A DNA stretch of 64,000 nucleotides from the NCBI GenBank assembly GCA_963422395.1, contig OY729431.1:1728001-1792000 (forward strand). Direction: 5' to 3'. The position numbers were made by a program, and so were the translations under genes. Below, one piece after another: positions 19,567 to 29,753 of this stretch (positions are counted from its first letter, which is position 1; each line of letters begins with the position of its first letter). Below the pieces are notes generated by a model that saw nothing but the letters and a program-made list of their open reading frames with translations, was not told the origin of the DNA and searched no databases. The stretch is from Vicinamibacteria bacterium. Lineage in GTDB: Bacteria; Acidobacteriota; Vicinamibacteria; Marinacidobacterales; Marinacidobacteraceae.

Positions 19567-21473
19567 GCCCGGACCCGCGCCCGCCGCTCCCCTTCGCGGT
19601 GCTGCTCGGCGGCGCGGCACTCTCGCTGTTCCACCTCTGGCAGGCGGTTTTCGGTTCCCTGGGAGCGACCTGGCTCCGGCCGATCCACCTGACCTGGATC
19701 CTCGTTCTCGCCTTCCTCCACACCGCTTTCCCCGCCGGGCGTACGGCCGCCTCCCCCCCGGAGCCCGGAGGCGTCCCGCCCGCCCGGAGCCGCCGCGTCC
19801 GTCGATTCGATCTCCTCCTCGCCGCCGCTTCGCTCGCCGCCGGCGTGGCGGTGATCCGTTTCGACCGACAGGGGATCGGCCACATCCTCGACGGACTCGA
19901 CCCGCTCGACCTCGCCGCCGGAGCGGCGCTCCTCGCCATCCTCCTCGAAGCCACCCGGCGGCGAGTCGGTGCCGTGATGACTGCGGTGGTGGGAGTCTTT
20001 CTCGCCTACAACGCCCTCGGGGCTTCACTGCCGGGCCTCCTCGCCCACCGGGGGTTCGAGATGGAGCGGATCCTTCGCTTCGAGGTGTTCACCGGGGCGG
20101 GGCTCTTCGGCCTGCCTCTGGGAGTGGCGAGCAGCACCGTCTTCGTGTTCGTGTTGTTCGGAACGCTCCTCGAATCCACCGGCGGCGGCCGCTTCTTCAT
20201 CAACCTGGCGTTCGCCGCCGCCGGGCGGTCTGCGGGCGGGCCGGCGAAGGCGGCGGTGCTGGCCTCGGCAGCGCTCGGGTCGGTGTCGGGGTCCGCCATC
20301 GCGAACACGGTGACCACCGGCGCGCTGACCATTCCGATGATGAAGCGCCTCGGCTTCTCCCGCGAGGAGGCCGGAGGAATCGAGGCGGCAGCGTCCACCG
20401 GCGGCCAGCTCATGCCGCCGATCATGGGCGCCGGGGCCTTCCTCATGGCGGAGCTCACGAACACCCCCTACCCCCGCATCGTCCTGATCTCGATCCTTCC
20501 CGCGCTGCTGTTCTTCGCCGGGGCGCTGCTCTTCGTCCACGGCCTCGCTTCGCGCCGCGGGATCGCGGCGATGGAATCCCGGCCGTCCGTGGTCCGAACC
20601 CTCGCCGAAGGCGCGCATTTCCTCGCTGCGATCGCAGTGGTCGTCGCACTGCTGCTGCTCAACTACTCGCCGCCGCTGGTCGGCGCCGCCGGCTGTCTCG
20701 CGGTCGTTACCGCGGGAGCACTCCGCCGCCGCACCCGGATCGGGCCGCAGCGTCTCCTCGAAGGATTGGCACGGGGAGCAGTGGCTGCAGTGCCGGTATC
20801 CCTCGCCTGCGCCGCCGCCGGAATCGTGGTCGGGGTCATCGGGCAGACCGGAGTGGGACTCCAGTTCGCGGAACTGCTCCTCGGGATGGCCGATGGGTCA
20901 CTCCTGCCCGCGCTCGCGCTCTCCGGGTTCGCCGCCCTCATCCTGGGAATGGGTCTGCCGGTGACTGCCGCCTACATCGTGGTCGCAGTGGTGGCCGCGC
21001 CCGCACTCATCGGCCTCGGCGTCCCGCTGCTCACCGCCCATCTGATCCTGTTCTGGCTGTCCCAGACCTCGAATGTGACCCCGCCGATCGCTCTGGCCGC
21101 CTTCGCCGGCGCCGGAGTGGCCGGCGGCCGGCCCATGAGAACCGCCGTCGCCGCCGCACGGCTGGCGCTCGGACTCTTCCTCGTGCCCCTGCTCATGGCC
21201 TACACCCCGCTGTTGCCGGCGCCGGGCGAGCCGCTCGGGGTGCCCCAGGGGCTCGCCTTCCTCTCCGGCCTCGCCGCGCTCGGAGCGGCGGCCGTCGCGC
21301 TCTACGGCCACGGCATCCGGCTGGCTGGCGTGGTCGAGCGGTTTTCGATGGGGGCGGCGGCTCTGCTTCTCCTGTTCGCCGATCCCGCGGTTCGCCTCGC
21401 GGGAGCAGTGCTCGCCCTGATCGCCTTTCTTCCGCAGCTGCGGCGGACGCCGCCGACCCCACCGCCGGACTAG
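19563..21473 (+). CDS. TRAP fused permease (4TM/12TM, DctM-like)
   Basis: GGPAKAAV, SGSAIANTVTTG, IEAAASTGGQLMPPIMGAGAF, LGMGLP, VTPPIALAAFA. Confidence 0.93.
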   Translation: MSPDPRPPLPFAVLLGGAALSLFHLWQAVFGSLGATWLRPIHLTWILVLAFLHTAFPAGRTAASPPEPGGVPPARSRRVRRFDLLLAAASLAAGVAVIRFDRQGIGHILDGLDPLDLAAGAALLAILLEATRRRVGAVMTAVVGVFLAYNALGASLPGLLAHRGFEMERILRFEVFTGAGLFGLPLGVASSTVFVFVLFGTLLESTGGGRFFINLAFAAAGRSAGGPAKAAVLASAALGSVSGSAIANTVTTGALTIPMMKRLGFSREEAGGIEAAASTGGQLMPPIMGAGAFLMAELTNTPYPRIVLISILPALLFFAGALLFVHGLASRRGIAAMESRPSVVRTLAEGAHFLAAIAVVVALLLLNYSPPLVGAAGCLAVVTAGALRRRTRIGPQRLLEGLARGAVAAVPVSLACAAAGIVVGVIGQTGVGLQFAELLLGMADGSLLPALALSGFAALILGMGLPVTAAYIVVAVVAAPALIGLGVPLLTAHLILFWLSQTSNVTPPIALAAFAGAGVAGGRPMRTAVAAARLALGLFLVPLLMAYTPLLPAPGEPLGVPQGLAFLSGLAALGAAAVALYGHGIRLAGVVERFSMGAAALLLLFADPAVRLAGAVLALIAFLPQLRRTPPTPPPD

Positions 21474-21487
21474 CCAGCCTCGGGGGT

Positions 21488-22021
21488 TCAGAGCAGCCGC
21501 GCGCGCCAGAGGTACTGCAGCGAGGTCACGAGCGTGAGCGCGACCATGGTTCCCAGCAGTACGGGGGTGATGAAGTGGTCGAGCCGGAACTGGTTCGCCA
21601 GCAGGATCCACAGAATCCCCACCACATTCGTGACCGTCGCCCACTTCCCCAGCCGACTCGGCGGAAAGTCACGGCGGCCCACCGCAAGGCTGTAGGCGGA
21701 GGCCACGATCAGGATCGTCGCGTCGCGCGCCAGCACCAGAGTCGCGATCCACGCCGGGATCCGCACCGAGACGCCCTCGATCGGCGCGGCGAGTGCCACC
21801 ACCGCCGAGACGATCAGCACCTTGTCGGCGAGCGGGTCGAGCACCGCACCCAGCTGACTGTGCTCCTTCCGGCGGCGGGCGATGACGCCGTCCATGGCGT
21901 CGGTGAGCCCCGCGAGCAGCAGCGCGGCGATGGCCCAGGCGAAGCGTCCGTAGATGATGCTGATGACCACCGCCGGCGCGAGCAGCAGCCGGAGCACGGT
22001 GAGTTGGTTCGCGAGGGTCAT
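21488..22021 (-). CDS. CDP-alcohol phosphatidyltransferase (PgsA/cardiolipin synthase-like)
   Basis: MTLANQLTVLR, TDAMDGVIARR..SQLGAVLDPLADK. Confidence 0.9.
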   Translation of the reverse strand: MTLANQLTVLRLLLAPAVVISIIYGRFAWAIAALLLAGLTDAMDGVIARRRKEHSQLGAVLDPLADKVLIVSAVVALAAPIEGVSVRIPAWIATLVLARDATILIVASAYSLAVGRRDFPPSRLGKWATVTNVVGILWILLANQFRLDHFITPVLLGTMVALTLVTSLQYLWRARLL

Positions 22022-22040
22022 CGGGGCGGGCAGGCCGGGA

Positions 22041-23471
22041 TCAGGGAAAGATCCCGAGCTCCTCGTAGGAGCGGCGGATCTTCTCGAGCGCCACCACATA
22101 GGCGGCGATCCGCAGATCCGCCATGCCGAACCGCCGGCTGGCGTCGCGGATCTCGTCGTAAGCGAGCGTCATCTTCTCCTCGAGGCCGCTGACGACCAAC
22201 TCTTTTTCGTCGGATTGGGTGACGAGCCCGGTGCGTATTTCCGGACTCAGCTGCTTGCCCGCGAGCAGCTCGGCGGCGGTGAGCAGCGCGTTCGCATTGG
22301 CGATTTCGAGACGCTTCTCCAAGAGCCCGAAGCGCATGTGCGAGAGGTTCCGTGCCCACTCGAAATAGGACACCACCACCCCGCCGGCGTTCAGATAGAC
22401 ATCCGGGATCACCGGAATCCGCCGCTCGCGGAGGATCCGATCGCCCGCGGGAGTGGTCGGTCCGTTCGCCGCCTCCGCCACCAGCTTCGCCTCGACCAGC
22501 GGCGCGGTCTCGGCGTTGATGACATTCTCGATCGCCGCCGGAATCAGCACATCGCAGGGAACCGCGAGCACCGCCTCGGGAGGCAGCTCCGTTTCGGCGG
22601 CGGGAAAGCCGCGCACCGTTCCCCGCTCCCGCTGCCACTCCTGAAGCTCGGCCACCGGGATCCCGTCGCCGCCCCGGCGAACGACGGTCGTGTCCCACTC
22701 GCCGATGGCGACGATCTTCGCGCCCCGGCGGGAGAGGATGTCGGCGGTGTGGAAGCCGACATTCCCGAAACCCTGGATCGCCACTCGCTTGCCATCGAGC
22801 CCGCGGCTCAGTCCGGACCCGGGAAAGTCCTCCACGAATTCGAGCCCGCGGCCGAGGCCGAGGACCACGCCCCGGCCGGTCGCGTCGGCGCGTCCACGCA
22901 CCCCGCCCTGCGTGACCGGCTTGCCGGTGACGCAGGCGAAATTGTCGATCTCGCCGGGATGCATCGCATCGTAGGTGTCGGCGATCCAGGCCATCTCGCG
23001 GGGGCCGGTCCCCAGATCGGGAGCCGGAACATTCACCCCCGGACCGATGAAATTCTTGCGGATCAGCTCGGCGGTGTACCGACGGGTGATCCGCTCCACC
23101 TGCTCGGGGCGGTACCGGCGCGGATCGAACGCCACCCCGCCCTTCGAACCGCCGAAGGGCACATTCACGATGGCGCACTTGTAGGTCATGAGCGCCGAGA
23201 GCGCGCTGATCTCCTGTTGGTTGACGAGCGGGCTGTAGCGGATACCGCCCTTCAGCGGATGGCGGTGGTGGCTGTGTTCCGCACGCCATCCGGAAAAGAC
23301 CTCCACCCGGTCGCCGAACTTGACCGGAAACCGAGTGTAGTAGATCGAATCGGTGAGGCAGATCTGCTGGAGCAGACCGGTCGGGAGCTCCAGCTTGCGC
23401 GCCGCTTCGTGAACGAGACCGTGAACGCTCCGTTCGAGATCGAGATCCAGGGATCTTCCGTTCGCGGTCAT
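22041..23471 (-). CDS. gdhA: Glutamate dehydrogenase (Glu/Leu/Phe/Val family)
   Basis: KGGIRY, MTYKCA, FGGSKGG, PAPD, ATGRGV, IQGFGNVG, EAANGP, NAGGVVVSYFEW. Confidence 0.92.
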   Translation of the reverse strand: MTANGRSLDLDLERSVHGLVHEAARKLELPTGLLQQICLTDSIYYTRFPVKFGDRVEVFSGWRAEHSHHRHPLKGGIRYSPLVNQQEISALSALMTYKCAIVNVPFGGSKGGVAFDPRRYRPEQVERITRRYTAELIRKNFIGPGVNVPAPDLGTGPREMAWIADTYDAMHPGEIDNFACVTGKPVTQGGVRGRADATGRGVVLGLGRGLEFVEDFPGSGLSRGLDGKRVAIQGFGNVGFHTADILSRRGAKIVAIGEWDTTVVRRGGDGIPVAELQEWQRERGTVRGFPAAETELPPEAVLAVPCDVLIPAAIENVINAETAPLVEAKLVAEAANGPTTPAGDRILRERRIPVIPDVYLNAGGVVVSYFEWARNLSHMRFGLLEKRLEIANANALLTAAELLAGKQLSPEIRTGLVTQSDEKELVVSGLEEKMTLAYDEIRDASRRFGMADLRIAAYVVALEKIRRSYEELGIFP

Positions 23472-24466
23472 GGGTCGGGATCGTAGAACAGCGTGAGAGG
23501 CGCCCGAGCGGGATTCGCGCCGTTCGGGGCCGCCGGTGGATCGAGTGGAGCGGGCAGGAAGTCCCGGACCGCTGCCCGGCAGGCGGCGGGATCCTCGAGG
23601 CAGGGGCGGCCGTGGGACGCCCCCTCGATGGTGATCATCCGGCTCGCAGACAGTCCGTTCGCCCGGAAGACCGCCGCTTGGCCGGAGACGGGCGCGCGGC
23701 GGTCGGCATCGCCCGCGATCACCAGCACCGGGACCCCGCGTGCGCCCAGCTGCCGGGAGAGCATCTCCACATCCAGGTCTCGGGGCGAAACCCCCGCCGA
23801 GAGACGCATTCCCGCGAGGGTGAGATCCCCCGCGGGGAAAGGCGGGAGCCCGAGAAACAGGTCGGCGTAGCGGTCCACCACCGCGGGTGCGCTCTGGAAG
23901 ACGCTGTCGAGGACGACCCCCGCCGGCCGAAGAGCGGTAGCGACCCCCGCTCCGGCCGCTGCGGCCCCGCCCATGGAGACTCCGTGGAGGACGAGCGGCT
24001 CGTCGGGGAACACCTGGCCCAGGTAGTCGGCCCCGGCGAGGACATCGAACCGCTCCAAGTAGCCGAGCGTCGTTCGCTCGCCGCCGCTCCCGCCGTGGCG
24101 CCGAAGGTCGAGCAGCAGCGCCCGGCATCCGTTCCGCACGAGCCAGGCGCCGTGCGCCAGGAGCTCGCGCCGAGAGCGAAAGAGGCCGTGCGCCAGGACT
24201 ACCGAGCAGCGGACCGGCTCCCGGCCCGGCAGCAGCCACGCGGAAACCCGCACCCCGTCGCGGGTCTGGAGGAAGACGGTTCGGTAGGAAAGCCCTTCGT
24301 CCGCAGGGGTGGAGGTCAATACCCGATCCTGCGGCCTCGTCCCGGCGAACCGGGTCAGCATCACCCCCACCGCCATCGGAACCCCGAGCGCGAACAGGAG
24401 GAGCAGGGTCCCGAACCCGGCGAGCACGAAAAGCCACCGGCGGCGACGGCGGGTTCGAGAACTCAC
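23468..24466 (-). CDS. Alpha/beta hydrolase with N-terminal TM anchor
   Basis: HGLF, DLRRHGGSGG, GVSMGG nucleophile elbow, IAGDAD, GASH; GTG overlaps the MFS stop. Confidence 0.85.
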   Translation of the reverse strand: MSSRTRRRRRWLFVLAGFGTLLLLFALGVPMAVGVMLTRFAGTRPQDRVLTSTPADEGLSYRTVFLQTRDGVRVSAWLLPGREPVRCSVVLAHGLFRSRRELLAHGAWLVRNGCRALLLDLRRHGGSGGERTTLGYLERFDVLAGADYLGQVFPDEPLVLHGVSMGGAAAAGAGVATALRPAGVVLDSVFQSAPAVVDRYADLFLGLPPFPAGDLTLAGMRLSAGVSPRDLDVEMLSRQLGARGVPVLVIAGDADRRAPVSGQAAVFRANGLSASRMITIEGASHGRPCLEDPAACRAAVRDFLPAPLDPPAAPNGANPARAPLTLFYDPDP

Positions 24467-25680
24467 GCGGCGGAGCGCGGTTCCGGCACCCGCGCCACGA
24501 AGACCGCCGCGAGGGCGCCGAATCCCGCCATGGCCCAGCAGACCGCCGAGAACCCGAACGGGTACAGCGCGCCGCCGAGCGCCGCCGCGGCGGCGATGCC
24601 GAGTTGGGAAAATGTGTTGGAGAAGGCGAGGAAAGCCGCTCTTCGGTTCGGTTCCACGAGTTCGCTGCGGAGTGCGGCGAAGGCGGCGATCCGGGCGACC
24701 CCGAAGCAGCCGAAGGCGAGGAGCACGAGGAGGAGCGCCGCACCCGACAGATAGGGCAGCGCCAAGGTGAGGGCGACCACCGCAAACGACGCGGCGAGGG
24801 TGAAGCGGCGCTTGCCGAAACGGTCGGCGAGCGGCCCGCTGAGCGGCTGCACCACGAAGATCGCCGCGCCGAAGGCGCCATAGAGCAGCCCGACCTGTTC
24901 GAGCGAAAGTCCCCGGCTCTGCTGCATCCACCCCGAGGCATAGGCAGAAACCCCGATCAGGCTGCCGGACATGCAGAAGGCGGCGAGCGCCGCGGTCCGG
25001 AGCCGCGGGCGCCGCAGGAACTCGAGATGTCCCGCCAGATGTTGCGTCAGCCCTTTCTTCGGGGAGCGCGCCGGCGCCTCCGGGGGCGCGTTTCGACGCG
25101 AGAGCGCCTCTGGCCGCCGCGGGAGAGCGAGCAGCATCCCCGCGCAAACGACAGCGAAGAGGGCGAGCCCGGCATACACCGCAGGGTGCCCGAAGCGTCC
25201 CGCAGTGAAAGCGGCCACGACCTGCCCCAGTATCGCCGCACCCATCGCTCCTCCCATCAGGATCGCCATGACCCGTCCCCGCCGTTCGTACGGCACCAGA
25301 TCGGCGACCCAGGCGATCGCCAGCGCGGCGATGGTCCCGCCGGCCGCCCCGGCTCCGATCCGCGCCAGCAGGAAGGCGCCGTACCGCGGATAGAACGCGA
25401 TCACCGCCGCCGAGCCGAAGAGCACCAGCACCGCTCCCAACAGGTAGCGGCGGCGCCCCCTGACATCGGACAGCGGACCGACGACCAGCGCGGTCAGCGA
25501 GGCGGCGAAGGCGTAGGCGGAAAGCGCGAAGCCCACCGCAGGCACCGAAACCTCGAGCCCGTCGGCGAGCACCGCGATGAGCGGCGTGATCACCTGCTGG
25601 TCGAGCAACCCGACTCCGAGCGTCGCTCCCAGCACCGTCCCCGGCCAAGCGAAGGAAGGCGTGCTCGAACGGTCGCTCAT
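24463..25680 (-). CDS. MFS transporter
   Basis: ~12 TM segments, GPLSDVRGRR and GPLADRFGKR motif A. Confidence 0.9.
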   Translation of the reverse strand: MSDRSSTPSFAWPGTVLGATLGVGLLDQQVITPLIAVLADGLEVSVPAVGFALSAYAFAASLTALVVGPLSDVRGRRRYLLGAVLVLFGSAAVIAFYPRYGAFLLARIGAGAAGGTIAALAIAWVADLVPYERRGRVMAILMGGAMGAAILGQVVAAFTAGRFGHPAVYAGLALFAVVCAGMLLALPRRPEALSRRNAPPEAPARSPKKGLTQHLAGHLEFLRRPRLRTAALAAFCMSGSLIGVSAYASGWMQQSRGLSLEQVGLLYGAFGAAIFVVQPLSGPLADRFGKRRFTLAASFAVVALTLALPYLSGAALLLVLLAFGCFGVARIAAFAALRSELVEPNRRAAFLAFSNTFSQLGIAAAAALGGALYPFGFSAVCWAMAGFGALAAVFVARVPEPRSAA

Positions 25681-25735
25681 GGCAGTCGGGAGGGGCGAAA
25701 ACCCGGAGGCTCGGGTATTCTCGCGCTGCCCCGCC

Positions 25736-28700
25736 ATGTCTGTCCTCGAAAGGTTCACCTCACCACTCAAAAGCCGCGACGCAGCGGCGCGCCTCAGCGC
25801 GGTGCAGCGGCATCCGGTGGAGGATACGGAAACGCTCGCGCAGCTGGCCCGCCAGGACCCCGACCCGCGCGTCCGCAAGGAGGCCATTCGTCGGATCGAA
25901 GCTCCGCGGGTACTCGCTGCGCTCGGGACCACCGCCGGAGACGAGGCCGCCAGACGACTGGCCCGGTCGAAGAGCGAATCGCTGCTGGTCAAGATCGCTG
26001 CGGACGACCGGGATCTGGAAGAGTCCCGCCGGGCACTCGGGCTGCTCGGCCCCCTCCGCGCTCTCGCCGAAGTCGTCTGCCGAGCGCGTTTCGACGCGAT
26101 TCGGGACGAAGCCTTCGATCGGCTGACCGATGTCGGAGATGGGGAAGCTGCCGCCGCGGAGCAGGAGGCGGCGTTCGCCCTCGTCGCTGCGCGGGCGGGG
26201 GAGCCTTCCTTGCGGAGACGAGCTCTGGAGGCGATCCGTGGAGACGCAGCCTTGATGCAGGTGGCGACGGGCGCCGGAGCCCGGGAGATCGCCCAGGCGG
26301 CAGTTCGCCGGATCGAGGACCCGGAGGTGCTGCTCGGCGTCGCGGGCAACAACGCTCCGAAGAGCGTGCGGCGGCTCGCCCAGCGGCGGGCCGAAGAGCG
26401 GTTGCCGGAAAACCATCCCGAAAGGGCGCGAGCGCGGGAAAAGGCGGTCCGGGCCCTTCTGGAGCGGCTCGAAGGCGGCGACCCGGAGAGCGTGGCACGG
26501 AGCCCGCAGCTCTTCGCCGAAGCGGAGACGCTCGCCGCCGCCGGACCGCTCGACGACGGACTCCTCCGCCGGCTCGCCGCGGTGCGGGCTCGGCGGGAGG
26601 ACCACGAGGCGCGGGCCGTGAACCGTGAGAGCCTTTTCGCTCCCCTCCCGGAAGCGGCACTCCGCCGTCCCGCCGCCCCGGCGGGGGGGAGCCCCGATCC
26701 TTCGGTCCCTCCCGAATACACCGAGCTCCTCGCCCGCCTCGAAGATCCGGAAGCGGAGCTCTCCGTCTCCGCAGTGGACGACGCCGAAAGGGAGGCCGGC
26801 CGGCTGCTTTCGGAGTTCGCCGAGGACTCGGAGACCCGCGTGCACCTCGCCGCTGCGCTCCGGGAGGCGCGCTCCCGCGCCTTCGACCGGAAGAAACGCC
26901 GCGCCGGAGAATTCGAACTCGCCGAAATGGCCGATCATGCGGCGGCACTCGCCCGCTCGCTGAAGAGCGAACCCGAGGAAGTGGCCGTGGACGCCGCGCA
27001 ACGGGAATTGACGCGGCTGGTGCGGCGCTTCGAGAAGAGGGATCCCCCGAAGGCAGCAGCCCCCGAACGCGAACGGTTCGAGAGCGCGGTCGCGGACGCC
27101 GAAGCGCTCCTCGCCGCCGCAAGGGAGGCCCGCGCCGAGCGGCGCCGCAAGGCCCGGGAGCGTTTCGACGCGCTCGATCGACGCCTCGAAGCGCTCGAGG
27201 CCTCCGCTCCCCTGCCGCTCGAAGACGCGGAGACCGCACTTCGCGACCTCGGCGCGCTCCGCAGCGACCGCGCGGCGTGGAAGGCCGCCGGGCCGGAAGC
27301 GGCGGCGCGTTTCCAGCGGCGTCAGGCGGCGCTCCTCCCGCGGCTCCGCGAAGCTCGGGAGGAACGCGAGTGGCGCCACTGGTCCAACCTCGAGGGACAG
27401 GCGGAGCTGATCCGACAGGCGCGGGCGCTCCTCGAAGTGCCCGAGGGCACCGATGACGCCCGGGTGGACCGCGAACTGACCCGGCTGGAGCGATCCTGGC
27501 GCGAGGTGCGCCACACGAGCCGCGACCGCGGTCAGGAGCTTTGGGAGGAGTGGGGGCAAGTCCGCGGCCAGCTCCTTTTGCGAGTCGCGCCGTTCCGCGA
27601 GGCCCGGGAGCGCGATTTCGCGGAGAGGCTCGAAGGTCTGGATGCGATCGCCGCACAGGCCGAGACGATCGCGGATGCTTCGGACCCGAGCCGGGCCGCC
27701 GAAATGCGCGCGCTGATGAGCGACTGGCGAGCTCGGGCGAAAGGAATGGGGAAGCGCACGGAACCGGTCTGGAAGCGCTTCCGTGCTGCGAACGACCGTT
27801 ATTTCGAGGCGCTGCAGGAGAGCCGAGCGAAGCGGCTCGCCGAATTGGCAGCGAACATCCCGATCCGGGAGGAACTGATCCGCCGGGCGAAAGCCCTCTT
27901 GGCAGAGGAGTCTGCCAAGGCCTCCGAAGAGGCGGTGCGCAGCGCGGTTCGAGAACTGATGCACGCATGGAAGGAGGCCCCGCCCATCCCGCGGAAGCGG
28001 TCGGACCGGCTGTGGGAGGAGTTTCGCAGTGCCTGCGACGCGGCGCGGGATCGCTTCCGCAAGACCGTAGATTCGGAGACGGACAGGGAGGGCGGCGAGC
28101 CGGCGCCCGTCGAAGCGGAGCGGCAGACCGCGCTCCGGGCCCGCGTCGCCGAAGTGACGGCGCTGCCTTCCGCCGAGCGCCCCGGCGCCGCGGCAGCAGC
28201 CTGGAGTGAATACCGGAAGATACAGCGGGACGGCAACGGCGACACCGGTTCCGAAAAAGCGGGCACCGCACTGCACGCCTGCCTGCGCGAGGCCTTCGAG
28301 AAAGCCCCCGAATCCTTCGCCGGCACCCGCTTCGACCAGGAGGCGCTCGCCGAGCGGCTTCGCGGGCTCCTCGGATCCATCGAACCACTCGCCCGCCGCG
28401 GCGACCGGGCGCCCAAGGAGGGAGGCGTCGCGATGTTCGCCGAACATCTGCAGCGCACCTTCGGCCAGGGACGCGCCGCCGACCGCGACGCCGAAGCCCG
28501 CGGCGCCGCCCGGACCGCCCGGCAGATACTCGAACGGGCGCGCGCCTCCGGCCCGGCGCTCTCCGAGGCGGCGGCCGCTTCGCTCACGCGCATCGAGCAG
28601 TTGGTGAAGGAGGTCATCTCCCGCGCTCCCCCGCCCCCGAAGCAGTTTCCAGACGAGCAGAAGCGCCGCTCTCCCCGCCGCCCGTTCCGCTCCCGACAGG

Positions 28701-28744
28701 ACGGGCCCCGCGAAAGGCCTCGCCGCGACCGGCCCGCCCGCTGA
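25736..28744 (+). CDS. DUF349-family helical repeat protein
   Basis: HEAT-like N-terminus (DPDPRVRKEAIRRI); repeats EWRHWSN, VWKRFRAANDRYF, LWEEFRSACD. Confidence 0.75.
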   Translation: MSVLERFTSPLKSRDAAARLSAVQRHPVEDTETLAQLARQDPDPRVRKEAIRRIEAPRVLAALGTTAGDEAARRLARSKSESLLVKIAADDRDLEESRRALGLLGPLRALAEVVCRARFDAIRDEAFDRLTDVGDGEAAAAEQEAAFALVAARAGEPSLRRRALEAIRGDAALMQVATGAGAREIAQAAVRRIEDPEVLLGVAGNNAPKSVRRLAQRRAEERLPENHPERARAREKAVRALLERLEGGDPESVARSPQLFAEAETLAAAGPLDDGLLRRLAAVRARREDHEARAVNRESLFAPLPEAALRRPAAPAGGSPDPSVPPEYTELLARLEDPEAELSVSAVDDAEREAGRLLSEFAEDSETRVHLAAALREARSRAFDRKKRRAGEFELAEMADHAAALARSLKSEPEEVAVDAAQRELTRLVRRFEKRDPPKAAAPERERFESAVADAEALLAAAREARAERRRKARERFDALDRRLEALEASAPLPLEDAETALRDLGALRSDRAAWKAAGPEAAARFQRRQAALLPRLREAREEREWRHWSNLEGQAELIRQARALLEVPEGTDDARVDRELTRLERSWREVRHTSRDRGQELWEEWGQVRGQLLLRVAPFREARERDFAERLEGLDAIAAQAETIADASDPSRAAEMRALMSDWRARAKGMGKRTEPVWKRFRAANDRYFEALQESRAKRLAELAANIPIREELIRRAKALLAEESAKASEEAVRSAVRELMHAWKEAPPIPRKRSDRLWEEFRSACDAARDRFRKTVDSETDREGGEPAPVEAERQTALRARVAEVTALPSAERPGAAAAAWSEYRKIQRDGNGDTGSEKAGTALHACLREAFEKAPESFAGTRFDQEALAERLRGLLGSIEPLARRGDRAPKEGGVAMFAEHLQRTFGQGRAADRDAEARGAARTARQILERARASGPALSEAAAASLTRIEQLVKEVISRAPPPPKQFPDEQKRRSPRRPFRSRQDGPRERPRRDRPAR

Positions 28745-28811
28745 TTCCTTCGCCGCGTCTCGCAAGGCCCTCGAACTCTCGCAGGCCCCGTTCGCCGGAA
28801 GCATCAGCCTC

Positions 28812-29080
28812 CCTGTCCGGGCTCGCCCCGGACCAGCGCTGCTCCGCGGCCAGAAAAAAAGACCTGTTGCGCCCGAGCCTCCGGCTCGGGCGCGGCGCAG
28901 CGGGGGTATGGGTGAAAAGGGGGTAGACCCCCTTTCACGAATTGGTAACCCCGAAGCCGAACTCGCTGCCTCCGGCAGCAGTTCGGCTTCCCGGCGCGGA
29001 GCGCCGGGCGGTGCGGGAACGGGGCGTCCCGTTCATCCCACAAGGGTGCGCAACGCAATCCGACATCACGCCCCGTTCTC
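28812..29080. repeat. Cluster of palindromes/stem-loops (REP-like or structured RNA) between convergent genes
   Basis: Hairpins at 28815-28833, 28869-28893, 28912-28938, 28953-28990, 28991-29007, and 29017-29027 pairing with 29068-29078; A-run near 28855. Confidence 0.6.
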
Positions 29081-29087
29081 GAACCGC

Positions 29088-29699
29088 TCAGCCCGAGGGG
29101 CGACGCAGGGAGAGGGCGATGCGGTCAGCGATGGTGCGGGCGAGCCGCCGGCGCTGGCCAGCCTCGTCCGGCGGGGAGCCCAGCGGAAAGCGCTCTGCGA
29201 AGACATGGGGGCGCGCCGCATCGTGGACCAGCAGCACATCCAGCCGAACGGTTTCTGCCGTTTCCGACTCCCCGCTTCCGCGAACAGAGGAGAGCGGCAC
29301 CCACGACGAGCCCGGGGCGAGCGGCTGTCCCGGGCCGGATTCCAGGCTGCCGACGAGCACATAGTCGGCGCCGAGCCGCGCTCCGATGCGGAGGAGCCCG
29401 TCCTCCCGCTCCCGGGGGCTCAGCACCGGACGGAGGCGGCGCGGAGAAATCTCGAATATTCCCTCCGGATCGCCTCCGAGCCGCTCCCGGACCGCCTCCG
29501 AGAGCTGGCGCGCGAAGCCGACGAGCTCGCCGCGCCCCGTCCGGTCGTCGAAATCCGGGACGAGGAGCACCGGGCGCCCCGGCGGGTCGGGGCGCCGAAG
29601 CGCGCTCGGCTTCCCGGCGAAGGCGATCAGGCCGAGGACGGTTCCGAAGACGACGATCCCGCCTGCCACCAACAGGCCGCGCGGAGCCGTGTCGCTCAT
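29088..29699 (-). CDS. Hypothetical membrane-anchored protein with TolB-N-like domain
   Basis: N-terminal TM, VLLVPDFDDRTG, IGARLGADYVLVGSL. Confidence 0.65.
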   Translation of the reverse strand: MSDTAPRGLLVAGGIVVFGTVLGLIAFAGKPSALRRPDPPGRPVLLVPDFDDRTGRGELVGFARQLSEAVRERLGGDPEGIFEISPRRLRPVLSPREREDGLLRIGARLGADYVLVGSLESGPGQPLAPGSSWVPLSSVRGSGESETAETVRLDVLLVHDAARPHVFAERFPLGSPPDEAGQRRRLARTIADRIALSLRRPSG

Positions 29700-29753
29700 C
29701 TTGCCCCCGGACGCCTCGGCGGCGATCATACGGCCCGAAACCGAGATCCACCC

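Noticed and set aside
28745-29087. tRNA, tmRNA, 6S, SRP or RNase P RNA
   Set aside because: No cloverleaf, T-loop or other diagnostic motifs recognised; kept only as an unassigned structured region.
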